Below, piece after piece: positions 1-18,180 of a stretch of 64,000 nt of DNA. The position numbers and the translations under genes are program-made. Within the stretch, counting starts at the first letter, position 1. Every line of letters starts with the position of its first letter. Under the pieces are notes generated by a model. That model was not told the DNA's origin, did no database searches, and saw only the letters and a program-made list of their open reading frames with translations. This stretch comes from Azolla caroliniana (taxonomy: Eukaryota; Plantae; Polypodiophyta): positions 4,588,001 to 4,652,000 of the forward strand of contig JBHGNT010000021.1 of NCBI GenBank assembly GCA_043228905.1. The letters are read 5' to 3'.

Positions 1-599
1 TGTTGACTAGGATTACCACCAAGATATGTAAAGATATGTATTCTCTTGGACCACAAGAATTTGTTACTGCAAGAATTTGGTTATAGGAGTGGAAATTATT
101 ATGTACAAATTGTATATGGATTTTGGCATTGTTAATTTTAATACCAATGGAGTATAGTTTTTGTGGAAAATGATAATTGAAACCAAACTAAACCATTTAA
201 CTATATTCAAACTTATATAAATTGTTAAACCATGACTTAACATGCCGGTTCAATTTTGAGCCAAAACCAGGCTCATGGCTAATCACACTCTCTTTTTTTC
301 CTTTTTCTCTTTTTTTTTGGTAAAATCACACAATTATATTAATTGCCTAATCACACTTTCTCTCATCACTCACACATACACACAACATAACACATATATG
401 TAATCACTTTTGTTGCAAAAAAGTTTATTATCTAGGTCTTCACACAATGGTGGTAAAACTCATTAGGAGTTGTCAATGTTTGAGAATATGCATATATTTT
501 GTATGTGCATGCATGCATTTTCAATGGTAATCATAATAAGTGTTGGCCCCACCTCTTGCACTAGTCATTACCATTTCACTATCAAGAGATCAACGTAAT

Positions 600-971
600 C
601 ATAGTTGTTAAAAAACGCATATTCTATGTTTAGAGTACATTTAGAATACTCTGAAGTATTCTACACGTATTTTACATTTTAGAACTATCGTTTTTTAAAA
701 TTTGACGTATTCTACATATTTAACAAGTATTTATCATTTCAAAAAAGTTTACTTTTTTTAAATTTTTTTAATTGTTTTTTGAAAAAAGAACTTTAAATTT
801 TAAGAAGTATTTAACGTATTTTACAAGTATGCTACACGTACTCTAAGTACTTAACATATTTTATCTATAAAAAACGTATTCTAAGTATTTTTTTTTAAAA
901 GTTAGAATACTTGTAGAATACTTAGCATACCTATTGTACCCGTATTTTATGCTAAGTAGTCTACAACAATG
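600..971. mobile_element. hAT-type MITE (non-autonomous DNA transposon)
   Basis: Imperfect terminal inverted repeats CATAGTTGTTA / CTACAACAATG; 8-bp flanking duplication AACGTAAT (592-599) / AATGTAAT (972-979) with one CpG-type mismatch; AT-rich interior with many GTATTCT/AGAATAC motifs. An 8-bp TSD is characteristic of hAT elements. Confidence 0.7.
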
Positions 972-3900
972 AATGTAATGCACAATGACCACGTGTCCTT
1001 CAAGGGAATCTCTTTTGGTATGATTTGCCACCCTTTAAGTAAACAAGGAAACCATTGTCTACTAACAAACTAAGCGGAAGAAGACATTATGAGAAGAAAG
1101 AATAAATGTCATGGCTAAATAATGTGAGTAAATCATAAAGTTCTTTGTATAGAAAGAAAATTGCAAGAAGTGACCACATTAGGTCAAAAATTAGAAGTTG
1201 CAATTGGGTAGGTAGTGTGTGTAAATCATAATTTTCTTCAGATACAAAGGATATTACAAGAAGCTACAAATTTGTAAGTCTAAATAAATGAGGGTGATTG
1301 TTTAACCCCCTTTCAAAAGTCTATTCTTCAATTTGTGTCTACATGTTCTTAGACTTGGGGTTCCCCTTGTCTTCTAACATCTTGTGAGTGATGATTCTCG
1401 TTGCGAGAAAACTTAATCAATTTGAAAGTGAAAGAAGACTTGCATTGTTAAAAAGGAGAAACTTCTAGGCATAGTTTCACGAGTGAGGCAATTCAAGTAT
1501 AGGCACTATAATTGACGTCTTAGTCATCTTCTTTGTTTGATTTTTGCTTTCTTTGAAGTCATATTATGTATCTTATTCATACAAACTACATCGATTGCTT
1601 ATGGTATTTGGCATTTCTCAAATATCAAAATATCTTACTAATTTGTTTTGTATGTAAGGAAGGTGTTGAGGAAATTCCATCCTACGCTTGATTGAAAATT
1701 TTGAACTAAATAATGGACGATACCCCTAGTTGAACACCTTTTATTTGCAAAAACAATTATTGCAAATAACTGTGAGAATCAATGGAAATTTTATTTACGA
1801 TCACTTTAGGTTGATGGTGTGTCCCTTTGCGAACTTGGAAAATAATTGAAATAGCACAAGGTTTTAGCATTTCAAATATTATAGTTCCACAAGAAATCAA
1901 CATACAACTTGAAGTGTTGTGGGGTTGTAATTCTTGAAGAAATTGTAAAACAGACTAAAATCCTAGGACAATGTCATGCCTTTGTATCGACATGCACTTG
2001 ATGATACACCTACACTTTACTTATGCACTTTATGCATCTATGTCATGTTTGTTTGTAGCAATCATCAATTAGCATCAATCATGAACAAATGTGGAAGTTC
2101 ATAACAGCATTGTTGATCTGGAGGAATATCACATATATTAGTTTTGAGATGGTCATGAACACAATAGACTTAATAACTTAGCTAAGATACATTGGGAGAG
2201 GACAGATCCTTTTTCAGCATTACCTTTTTAAAGTGATGATATTATTATGGGTGTTTGAATTATTGAACATGTGTCAACATCAATATGTAAAGACATTTAG
2301 CAGGATAAATTTTAGTATTTATAATTAAAATGTAAAATGACATTGTCAAACTCATGGCTTAGACTTGAACATATGACTTCAAAGTGAACAACTAAAGCTT
2401 CATTCAATGTGACTTAATTACAACCTTGAAATGTATATTTTATAGTAAAAGAACCTCACAAATCTCTACATAATAAATTATGATGAAGTCTAATGCTCTT
2501 ATGCAATGTAGAAAATGCAATGATTTCATGTTGTTATTTAATAGGCAATGTCTTTATTAATCTAAGTATAAGATAAAGTTAATTTAAATATTTGCTTAGA
2601 TCAAACCTTTGTTTAAAAGTTCAAGACCTACTAAATTGATAGTGGAGGCAAGAACCTTTAGTAATATTATGTTGAATTTATCGTAATTTATGTGTAGGCA
2701 CATTGCATGAATAGTTTTCAAGATTACAAGGTGGTCACTTCAGCCAATTCTTGTTTTCTTTCAAATTGCAACATCATGGACTCACTTGTCCTTGAGCTCT
2801 CAACTCAACTCATGACAATGCCTAGTTTGAACTCTTGTTTAATGAACCTATTGTGGTTATAGCTATCCTCGTTTATATAAATGAGAGAATCATATGTTAA
2901 GTGTCACAAGCTTGTTTTCTTGTCCCACAAACAAGATCGTAAAATAATGTGATCCTCTATCGATCATGCAAAAAGTATTTGCAAATATCACCCTCTGCAA
3001 TTGTAACTAAATACAAAGAAACTCATTCATGCATTTTGCAATGTTCCATCTGGTTCTCATGCTAAAAAACAATTCAATAGGAAAGAATACATTATAAATT
3101 TTCCCTTCATATGTCAGTGCTATCTACATTGTAAGAGCTTCATAAGGAGTGTTTGATTTGAATTCTCTATCTTACTGATGCGACTTTCTATAGTGTGGGA
3201 TGTGATATAGTTACCCTTTTCTCCGGTAAATGTGGCCTTTTTAAATTGTGAACTGTTTTCGAACTTTGTTTGACACAATTAATGGGGTGTATCAAAATCG
3301 CTAGAGCTTCATACAGTGTGTATAACTTGATGCAACTTTTTGTGACATGGGATGTGATGTAGTTCCTCCCTACTTCTCCTTTATGTTCCTCAAGGAGACC
3401 AGTTCCTTTTTCTAAGGGACACGTATCAAAGCTGCAAAGCATCAACCTTGCGACTTAGTTTCGCACATAATAAAGAAGGCGGGAAGGGGACAATAAGGTC
3501 AACATGGGAGCATGACCCGAACTATGCAATCAGTGAGATGACGGAATGTAGAAACTGAAGAGATAGGGAAAGATGGAAGAAGAAGGTACACATGTGGGGT
3601 ACATAGTACATGGAGAGAGAGAGAGAGAGGTGGGGGAGGGAATGACAAGTGGTAAGGAAAATGAATATTTTGTAACAAAATATCAACAAGGTAATTATAG
3701 TAGATATGGGAATTGAGAGTGCGGATCTTAGAAGGAGTTGGAAGCATGAAGAGGTGTACACGGACACACTTGTTAATTAATCATATAAGTAATGAGTTCA
3801 TCACGGGTGGGCTCCAATTTTGTTTTGTATTGTATATGTATGTACATATGTGCACACGCACACGCACACATCTGCACTACAAACCAAAATGCAAAACAAC

Positions 3901-4153
3901 GGATCATCATATCTACCTATTTACATATATTTATAGCTTGCTTTACATGCTAGTGAATAGTAACTAGTCTACCTATAAACCATTGATTTTCTCAAAATTG
4001 TTTACGCATTTTGTGATTTCGGTAAAATATTTATGCATTCCATGAGCTTGTCGAAGACCTTTGCGATTCCCCAAAATTGTCAATGTGCTTATGCACTTTT
4101 TGACATTGGTAGTTAACCCAAACTTAGATGGTTCTTAACTTTGGCCAAGATGC

Positions 4154-4186
<33 letters not shown>

Positions 4187-5165
4187 CATGTCATATTGAT
4201 ATGTATGCGTACTTCAAGAGTAGTTTATCCTACTTTTTGAAAGGATGTGTGGAGTTGGAGATGCTAGTTGAAACTAATATCTCCTCAATGTGATTATTAG
4301 GCACATGCCATTCAAAGCTAATTCAAACGAGGAGAATATAATCAATCTAAGTCAAATCATACATGTGGTGTTAATGTTGCATTTTTTTATATGCTATGAA
4401 GAAATGCATTGCAAACATCCTCACATACATTCAAGTGTCTTCCAAATATGTTATGGCAAGAGCACTAGTTTATGGCTCCTAAACACTTGGTCCTCTAGCA
4501 AATATTTACAATCGTTAAGATTTATGTCGACTTTTGTCTCCAATAGTTTTTTATCCCATGCATGTAAGCATTTCCTCATGAAACTTTCATAGGTTTTACA
4601 ACATGTGAAGTGGTAGTAAAAATATGAGAAAAGTATGGTCAAACATGTCAAAATCAAACGTATATGATCATAAATAGGTTGTAAAACATACGAAAAAAGT
4701 GAGAACAATGCAATAATGAGTCAATTTCCAAGTAAAAGATGGTAGGGTGGAAATTGGAATAATTAAGGTCGTGTCCATTCTGACATAAATGCACACACAT
4801 TAAATTGTTCCCATTCGCATTGTCACTCTTTGGTGGTTGAGACACGACATACATTCTAACATAAGGATTATGGTTTAGGATGAAGTTACTCTCTTGAACA
4901 ATTTATGTTGTTGGGGTCAATAACAATAGCATAGTATCCAAACTATAGCGAATTATCCAAGCATACTTTATCATGTATTATGTAAACAAATTTGTAACTT
5001 TGTAAGTTTCCCTAAAAGCTTGAATCTTATGTTGCTTATTTCAGAATATTTTGAAATAAACCACCCTACCTCTCAGTTATGCATCTTATGAAGAAAATTA
5101 GAGGAATGTTGGTTAATATTTCCCAAGAATGTTTGTTTATACTTGTAAAAAACTTGACCATATTA

Positions 5166-5588
5166 GTTATAAAAGCACAAGAGATTTTTTTCTCCACCAT
5201 CAGCAATATCCACTCACCCCCTATTAGTGCCAAATCTCAAGTTGTGTTGGACTTGGTCAGGCCAATAACTCTTTGGATTATATGGAAACAAAGGTGTAGA
5301 CGGGTTTTTTCCAACCAAAGCGCGCAACCAATAATGTTAATGCAAGAGATATGGAGTGAAGTTGTAGCCACTCTAAAGAGCCAATATGATGGCCTCAAGG
5401 GCGACTCTGATAGAGTTGAAAGACAACGACTAGCCTTTATCCAACAATGGTCGTCCTCTCCTTTTCTTGAGGCAGTGGGCATCCACATAAGATGGACCTA
5501 TTGTGTCCCTATATGGATTTGTATATAATAATCTCATCTGTAAAATCTTTATAACTAATGGAAGAAGTTTTTTTTTTGGGAAAGAAAA
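5166..5588 (+). mobile_element. 5'-truncated LINE (ORF2 C-terminus, 3' UTR, poly-A)
   Basis: Encodes LWIIWKQRCRRVF, typical of the Trp-rich C-terminal region of plant L1-type ORF2; ends in an A-tract; flanked by the direct repeat AAAAAACTTGACCATATTA at 5147-5165 and 5589-5607 (TSD). Confidence 0.8.
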
Positions 5589-6963
5589 AAAAAACTTGAC
5601 CATATTATGACCCACCATGATGCCCTATTTACTTATTCATGTTCATAAACTATGTTCTTTGCCAATGTGAAACAACTCTAAAACCAATGGTAAAAACATG
5701 GCAAGTGTCTTCCTCGGGAATAATGCAAACTCGAATGTGTATGTATAGAGTTAATGGTGGGTCATTAAAAACTAGAGTGTACTGTATTTTTATTGGCAAA
5801 AATAATGAAAAAAACGACATTTTATGAAATCCATGTCAAATTTGAAAACTTATCAAAATTTATGGGTTTCCTTTATTTTACTCTACTCATAAACTCACAC
5901 TGCACATACATACATACATACATACATATATATTATGTATCATTGAATAGTGAACAATGGATGTTGATTGTTCATTGTTGTAGAAGCACTTTTTTAAGAC
6001 GAATCAATCTTCAAAAAAACTCAAATCTTTGAGAAACTTGGCACCAAACGTCTCTTGAAAATGTTGGAAATACCAAGGGCCATTCTTTCAAGCACATGTC
6101 CATGTCCGAGGAAGATAAAATGAGTTTAGGTTCCAAGCGTTTCTATTGGTTGAGAAAAATGTTTTTCAATGGGTCACATTTGTGCATCTAATAAGAAGAC
6201 CCTAAAACTGTGGGTGATCCCATGGGTGGTATGGAATATCATTACATTTTTGTACAACTACAACTAGAGTCTAACCTCAATTTCTTGAAGAAAACACATT
6301 AAGAAACAAGTGATAAACAAATCTTATTCTAGAATGTGCCATGTTGACACCATAGAATGTGGGTCCAAAAGCATAGCTTGAAAAGATATCATAAAGATTC
6401 TTCGGTTCTTTTAGAATGGCATCGACATATTTGTGCGCCTCAAGAGGAATGGGGCCCAGAACTTTGATGGAGGGATGCGGGTGGATTATTGACTGTAGGG
6501 GAGGTCAATTATGCAGGTATATATCTATAATCTAATGTCTATTCACTTCCTTTATACTCATATCAACATAGATAGTGTGTAGATCCGCATTCTAGTTATT
6601 TCATGGACGGAGACTAACGACCGTATGCTCCAAAAGCAAACTTGGGGTGCACAAAAAACAAGCCTAAAAAGTGTGTCATAATTAACTAAAAGGACTAAAG
6701 GAGGAAAAGGTCATGTACATCTTTTGCACACCACACGTGAATACCAATATCAATGAAACCGACATCTTTCCTTTTTGTAGGTATTTTTTTTACAAATTAT
6801 GATGGAGGAGGGGCATTGGGGGGGAAGGAGGAGGACATACATATACCTTTATAGAAATGTTATGCTAAAATTACATTAAGAAATAAGGTTATTGTATACC
6901 GAATAAGATAGGGGCAGGGTGGAATTTCCTTTTTCCCTTTGCAATACAAAAATTTGGTTTACA

Positions 6964-11215
<4,252 letters not shown>

Positions 11216-14200
11216 GATCTCTAGTTATAAGGATCTAGTCCCTTGATCTTCCCCCCTCTCTCTTTGCATTTCTATTAAGTAGTGCACTAATTATGTGGCA
11301 TATACACTTGTACATATACATACTAGATACCCAACATATATCTATGCATGCATATACATACATACCTATAGATATATATATATATATTAAGTTCACCCAT
11401 TGCTATAAATATTATATATCATAAGGTTGATATTTATGTTATATGAGAAAATTGAAGCCATGGCCCATGACAAGAATGCCACCCAATTATATGTGTATAT
11501 GCCACGATTTTTATAGCTATGTATATGAATACACACACACACACACACCCCTCTCCTTCCCTATTGTCGACCACATTGCAGCACTCTTTAGAGATATTAA
11601 CACACTTCTCATTCTTTTCTCTCTCGTTCGCTCCCTCACTCTTGTAGCTTTGATGTCTTCGTCTTCTTTTTTTACCTTTCTTGCTCTCGTGGGGTGATGC
11701 TTATTTATACTAATTATTTTGTACCCTCATCAAGCTTTCTATATTATTTTATATGCCCCTCGTGCTCATGTGGACAGGGAAGTCAGAGTCACTTTTTATT
11801 TATTTTGTTTTCTTTTGGGGGGGAGGGGGGGTCTTTAGAATGATTTTCTCTCTCTCTCTCTCTCTCTCTCTCCAAGTCCCATCAACAATTCGACTCTCAT
11901 GCACATATACATTGGGATGGTGAGGAACCACCCATTAGAATTTTTGGTGAGGATTTCAAGTTCTCATGTTTTTCGTTTGAGTTTTAGTAGTTACTATTGA
12001 AATGTGCTACTACTAGTTCATCTGAATTTATAAACTATCTTCTATGTGCCTATGTTGATATTCAATACTCAATATTGTATCGTGCTTCGTCTTATCAATT
12101 CTACAAAAAAACTTTTGGTTTTTGTTGCTCTGGAAACTAGAAAAGTTCCTTTGCAACCTGTATTCCCAGATTGCTCCCCATGTGACTCATTGATCCTTGG
12201 GATGAATGTCTCTCCCAACTCTTAGAATGTGACGCACTCGTTGCAACTCTAGCGACTTAGAAAAACAAAAATTCAGGGACAAATAAATTATTCCTTACCC
12301 ACTTGTGTTGATTATGTAAAGAAGGATCTTGAGATTTAAAGAATCATGCATGCCTCCTTTATGCAAGATCCAACCAAATGACAACAACACGAATACAAGT
12401 TTCTCACCTTTCACTATTAATTTCTAATCTCAACCGGCCTTATGGTCTATTTTTATAACATGCCTTATGGTCTATTTTCGTAAGTTTCTCATGACCATTC
12501 ATAACTTATCCTTTCATTTATTTGTGAAGGCTTTACTTCTAACAAAAGTTTATATTTTGTGAACAATGAACACTCTCATCGCCTATTAGAAGGTTTAAGC
12601 CATAGTTAATTACCAAAAATTCATATCTAGTGTTCACGTTTATGAGGTGTTTTTTTACAACTTATTAGATTGGTTCATGGAATGGAAGATCTCATATTAG
12701 ATTGTGTGGAGTTGACCTCATCTTGATGGCCAAGGAATATGTTTATGCAATCATTATATAGCTTCACATAATCAATGTTGTTATCATGTCTAACTCATTA
12801 TATTTAATAAAGATAAAGTCGTGAGAGTTCATCAATGAAAAACCATGGACATGCATGCGTGCACATTTCAAATATCCAATTTAGGATTGTATCAACTCTA
12901 TCTTACAATCAAGTAGCATCTATGCACTTTTGGTTGATGATGCCTAGTCCTAGGGAATCATTACCTCCACTTGATTTTCTTGGGACATTGCTCCCGTGTC
13001 CAAAACTAAGATGAAGAATAAAGTGAAACCTAGATTAGCCCCTATTGATTCTTTCATTTGTGAATTTAGACATGAGGTTCGAAGTATTAATATTATAGAG
13101 TTTGGCTTTCTATCTTGTTGGATGTATCAACCCGCAAAGTATTTCACTCCTGTTCTCAAGTGTCAAGCGATTATTAATATATCATTTTAACGCTCTTCCA
13201 TGTTGTATTTATTGGTCCATAAAGTAAATACTCTAATAAGAGGTTTAGTAGATAATCATTGTGGACTTTTGGTTTTCACTATTGTCATATAAATTTAACA
13301 TGACGCTATTAGTGCAATTACAAAGAATTCTATGTGAGTTAGACGTAGATATTTTGATCCCTTTAGTGTTTGATGACCTTACATTTCTACATTGATTGTA
13401 TGTAAATTGCATCTTGATTTGGCTTTGAGAAATTCAGTATTTTTAATTATAAAACTCATTGCACTTACACAATGACCTTTGATTGGTTAGGAAAGAATAT
13501 ATCATTGGTGTCTTTACACATTGTTATAAACTAGTATTGTTCTATTAAGAGATTTCGGAATTTGTGCTATAAGTTGTGTGACTAATTAGGAGCTTCAATA
13601 TAAAAGGATACATCAAATGGCACTTCATCACCGCAAGAGATGCATGACATCATGTTAATTATGCTTTTTACTGTGAATGAAGAATATACTTGAGGTTGCT
13701 AATGGGAGCAACATGGTCAAAGATTATGGGACTTTATAATCCACATGCAAGAAATATGGGAAGACCACTTAAGGTCTATATATGAATGACATTTTTTTGG
13801 GCACGATATTTATAAAAATATTACATGCCCACAAGTTCCATTGGTTCTTTTTTTGTCAATAATAGGCCTAGTATGAGATGTGTAACACAACTTCTAATAC
13901 AACTTTTACTCCATATCATTGCAATCTTATCTTCTTACACTTTTTTGTTCTAAACGCGACTGAGACTCAATATGGCAAACGATACATATATGTGGTTTTT
14001 TGTCTTTTAACCATAGTTTTAAGTGATCACATGATTTGCATTCTCATATGTTCTCAACCTATGAAGCAGTTAATTTTACTTGTTTGAAAAAGTAAGTTTA
14101 TTCAAGATATCAAGGTTCAAGGTTCTTGGTTACAATTTGTTCGGAATTCTTTGGCATTATGTGAATTCCTCGTCTCTTTCTTTCGGGTCAAAAGCAATAT

Positions 14201-15632
14201 AATTTGTGCGCTAACATCCACCATAATTCTTATTCGTATAATACATTCACAAACTAAAGCAATGCATAGTTAGAAACTTAGAGAGAAAAAGTGTGAACGT
14301 GTTAAAGTGAAAAAACTATAAATATAATACGCCTTGCTTTAAAGTTATTTATGTGCTTTCTTTTCAAAATAAAGCCTCTGTACTTTAAAAACGTAAGCAA
14401 TTTCCTTTTGTTATGTAACTATGTAGGTGGCACATGCTTCTTTATCATTTCAAATCCCTTGAGGTAAGCTTTTCGGATGATGATTTCTATTATAACACAA
14501 TTGGTGTGATTGAAAGTTTGCAACTTCATTCTTCTTTCATACTCCTCTTGACATAACAATGGGAAGAAGCATACATAAAACACATTATAAAATACTTTTA
14601 TCGAAGATGAATCTCAAAGTGGACATACCAAAACACAATTAGATGGTTTTAGATGGAACAATTGATGCATCAAAACATATTTTTTGTTAAGTAACGATGG
14701 TTCTATAATGGAAACATTACTTACATAAATGAAGTAACTTGAAGAAGAAAAGATTTCATAGCCTTAACACAAGTATAATTACAAAGACAATTTTAACCAA
14801 ATATCATACAAAGATTACCCCATGTTTAAAAAGTTTCTTTGCTTCATTTTTTGGTTAGAAAGTATTACTTTTCTTATGAGGGAAACTTTTAGAGTAAGGT
14901 TATGTTGTCCTTTATTTATTCTATCTAAGTTTTTATCTCTCTCCAAACACCATTGATCAATATCTTGAGCAGTTATATACTATGGGTATATGCGTTAATA
15001 CTCTTATTATGTTTTTCATCAACCAAGAACTCGATCATCTTCATATCCTATTCTAGTTGTAGTCAAAGCTTGATCATTGGTTGTATCTTGTCATCTACTG
15101 AGACCTTAGTAGTGTACACGTAAATTCCAAACTCACAAGAATTTCCTTAGAATGGGATGCTTGTTAGCCAATAGAATAGTGTCCGTATCTACAAAAGTGG
15201 ATAATAATGTAAATAGAGCAATATAACCTAGTGTCCATTGATTGGAAATGACTCTTGAAAAGTATATTTAAATAGTGGAATCCTAACCACATATCTTCAC
15301 ATTGAAGTACACACCCCCACTAACCAATGTGCCATATTTGGTTGTTTACTTTGTCGCCTAGTTCTCCAACTTTGTAGATGTATGACTAGATAACATTCTC
15401 AATAATTCCCCACATTTCCAATATTTACTAAAGAACCATTCCCCCACTTCAAGTTGTAAAATGTGCTTCAATATTCTGTAGGTTCCCTTGCTCTCGCCGT
15501 CCACATTGATGCATTTGATTTCAATGCGCATTTAGGCTCCACATTTGTGTTTCAATATGATTGCACCTTGATGAATTATATATTAATGTGTTGGGCCTCT
15601 TTACATCATTTCACATTTGGACTCTCTGTCTA

Positions 15633-15768
<136 letters not shown>

Positions 15769-15969
15769 GCATACAATTTGTGTTAATATACTTAAAGGTT
15801 ATTTAGGGAAAATGTTATTTGCATTGGCGTAACACTTTCATGCTTGACCAACCAAATTCGAACCATGATTGGACTTATCTTTGTTCCTTAGCACAATGCA
15901 TTTTTTTATCTCTTTGCGATAAGTAAAGTGTGACCATTATAATAGGTTTTAAAAATGCACAATCAAATC

Positions 15970-16346
15970 AATACACTACAAATCTTGTCACAATGGAGAC
16001 ATAAGCTCAAGAACTTCTATGCAGACCAATGTGAGAAAGTTGATTGTGGCTGGTCTGTAGTGTGCCTAATTATGAGATTGGAAATTGCCATTGGGGGATG
16101 ATGATGGTAAAACTCTTCAATATCTCCGTAAGTTCCTTAAGATGATAGATACAAATTTGTTCTTACTTCAAATACACTACAAATCTTGTCACAATGGAGA
16201 GACATAAACGCAAGAACTTCAATGTGAGAAAGTTGATTGTGGGTGATCTATAGCGTGCCTAATTATGAGATTAGAACTTGCTCTTGGGGGATGATGATGG
16301 TAAAACTCTTCAATATCTCCTGAATTTCCTTAAGATGATAGATACA
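15970..16346. repeat. Tandem duplication, two diverged ~180-bp copies (period ~200 bp)
   Basis: AATACACTACAAATCTTGTCACAATGGAGA...CTTAAGATGATAGATACA occurs at 15970-16153 and 16171-16346. Confidence 0.9.
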
Positions 16347-16989
16347 CATTAGATAATCTACATGTAATTGTTTATGTTTTTGTAGAAAAAAATATACGCT
16401 ACATTTTCTAACCATTTACTATTATTTTGATTGCATGGGAATCAAAATTTAATTGATAAAAAGTGTATGGTATGTGGACATTTTTATTAATAAGAGTGTA
16501 TCCAACATGTTATGTCATTGATATTGTTTCTTTCACTACTACTGTAAATTGTGTCAAATTTGTGATGTCAATGGCTCTTTCAGTGTGTATGAAGAAGACT
16601 AGTTCATAATTAAGTGTCTACATGTGTTGTTGTCAACAATCATAATGGATGTACAACATAATGGAATTTTGATCTTATCTCTATGGTCAGTAGCACTTCT
16701 ATGCACTCTAAATTCTAATCATATAGACAATGGATGATAACCTAAATATGAAGAATAAGAAACATTAAAGGTTTAGATGTTGACAAAATCTATGCATACT
16801 AAACTTTGCACAATGTTGAGATTCATATATTTTTAGAGGAAAAATGTAAATTTTGGAATATTTGTCTATAGGGAAGATGATAAGGATTCATGTGGAAGAT
16901 AATATGGTTATGGTTATGTAGTGCTACAACCTACAATGAGATCAACATACACTTTGGGTACATATACATTAATACGATAGTGTTTGATA

Positions 16990-17666
16990 GTGGCAACATG
17001 CGGCATGAATGGGGGTTCGTAGAGGGGCTGAAGTTAACAGGGGAAGGTTGGGTTGAACAGTTAAACCCCCACGATCATGGATTTATAGTGCAGGGTGGCA
17101 AGGTGTTTCAACATGATGGAGTTTGACCTGGCACTAACTCAAAAGTTTTTGAAGAGATATGGATGATGGTGGCTTGTTTATTGGTCTGGCACATTTGGAC
17201 GAGGCATTGTAAGTTTGTTTTTCAATAGCAAAAGATCCCTAGCGGTGAGGTGTTGTTAAATATCTGGTTCGAGCTGGTATCTTGGATCTAGGGACGACAC
17301 AACTCGATTAAGGGGGAATCTGATGTAGATGAAAGAGCTCGGTCAAAATTCCTACTGAAATGGGGTAGTTCTCCTATGGTGGGCAGATCATTATCAGGGC
17401 CTAAATGGAACTACCAAGCACCTTGATGGCTCTTTCTGCCAATGGCTTCCATCAAGGACCAGGTGTTGTAAATATGTATAGATATGGTACAAATTACTAG
17501 GTTATAAGAGTTGTTGGGATACTTTTGTTGAAAATGAGGTGGGGACTATGACCACTTTGGTGAGAAGGCCAGAGTGAGGGTTAATGATTTTTTGGTGGTC
17601 TATGATGTAATTTTTTTGCTAACTAATGTGAAGTAGTGTTTTTTTGGAATAAAAAAAATAAAAAAA
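16990..17666 (+). mobile_element. Degenerate 5'-truncated LINE 3' end, related to the copy at 5166
   Basis: Encodes WHIWTRHCKFVF and WGSSP..WNY; 3' end TAACTAATG..GAAG.AG..T-tract-GG-A-tract parallels the 5.5-kb copy. Left boundary approximate. Confidence 0.65.
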
Positions 17667-18180
17667 TGCTAGTGTTTAATGGCAAGTTGATGTTTTATTA
17701 TGGCAAGTGCCAATAATAATTTCCCATATATATGTTGGTACCAATGTTCTTTAACATTAACATGTAAATCAATAACTTGTTAATCCTAGTGTCGCATTGC
17801 ATATGTGAAAAATAAAATCTCAACTCGCGTGTGATGTCGAGTGGGATGGACAAGCCCCCCTCGATCAATTCTGCTGAGGATTACGAGGTGAGATAAAAAG
17901 TCTTTTACTTAACTTTCCTGAGCCCACATCTTTGAATGAGGCTATTTCCCAAGCCGTGCGCTGCGATAACTGTGTCTTTGAGTTCCGACAAGAGGAACGT
18001 CCTCATTGGATCCATCCACCTTGGCCAGCCGCTACACGAAGTCACCTACCATGGTTGACGACCCCGCCTCCCATGTCCTCCTCCACTTCATCTTCAACTC
18101 TCGCCAATGGAGATCGATCGAATTCGCTACTAACCATTGACTAATGTGCAACGACAACATCGACAGGCCAACAATTTATG

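Noticed and set aside
1000-5100. AT-rich region possibly holding decayed transposon or gene remnants
   Set aside because: No termini, TSD or protein motif could be supported by eye.
5079-5528. 149-aa ORF as a host gene
   Set aside because: It starts in flanking DNA and crosses the TSD into a truncated LINE ORF2 tail.
11216-13000. Promoter elements of the P450 gene (TATA box, BZR1-type BRRE)
   Set aside because: TA-rich tracts are abundant and non-specific, and no clear CGTGYG site was spotted by eye.
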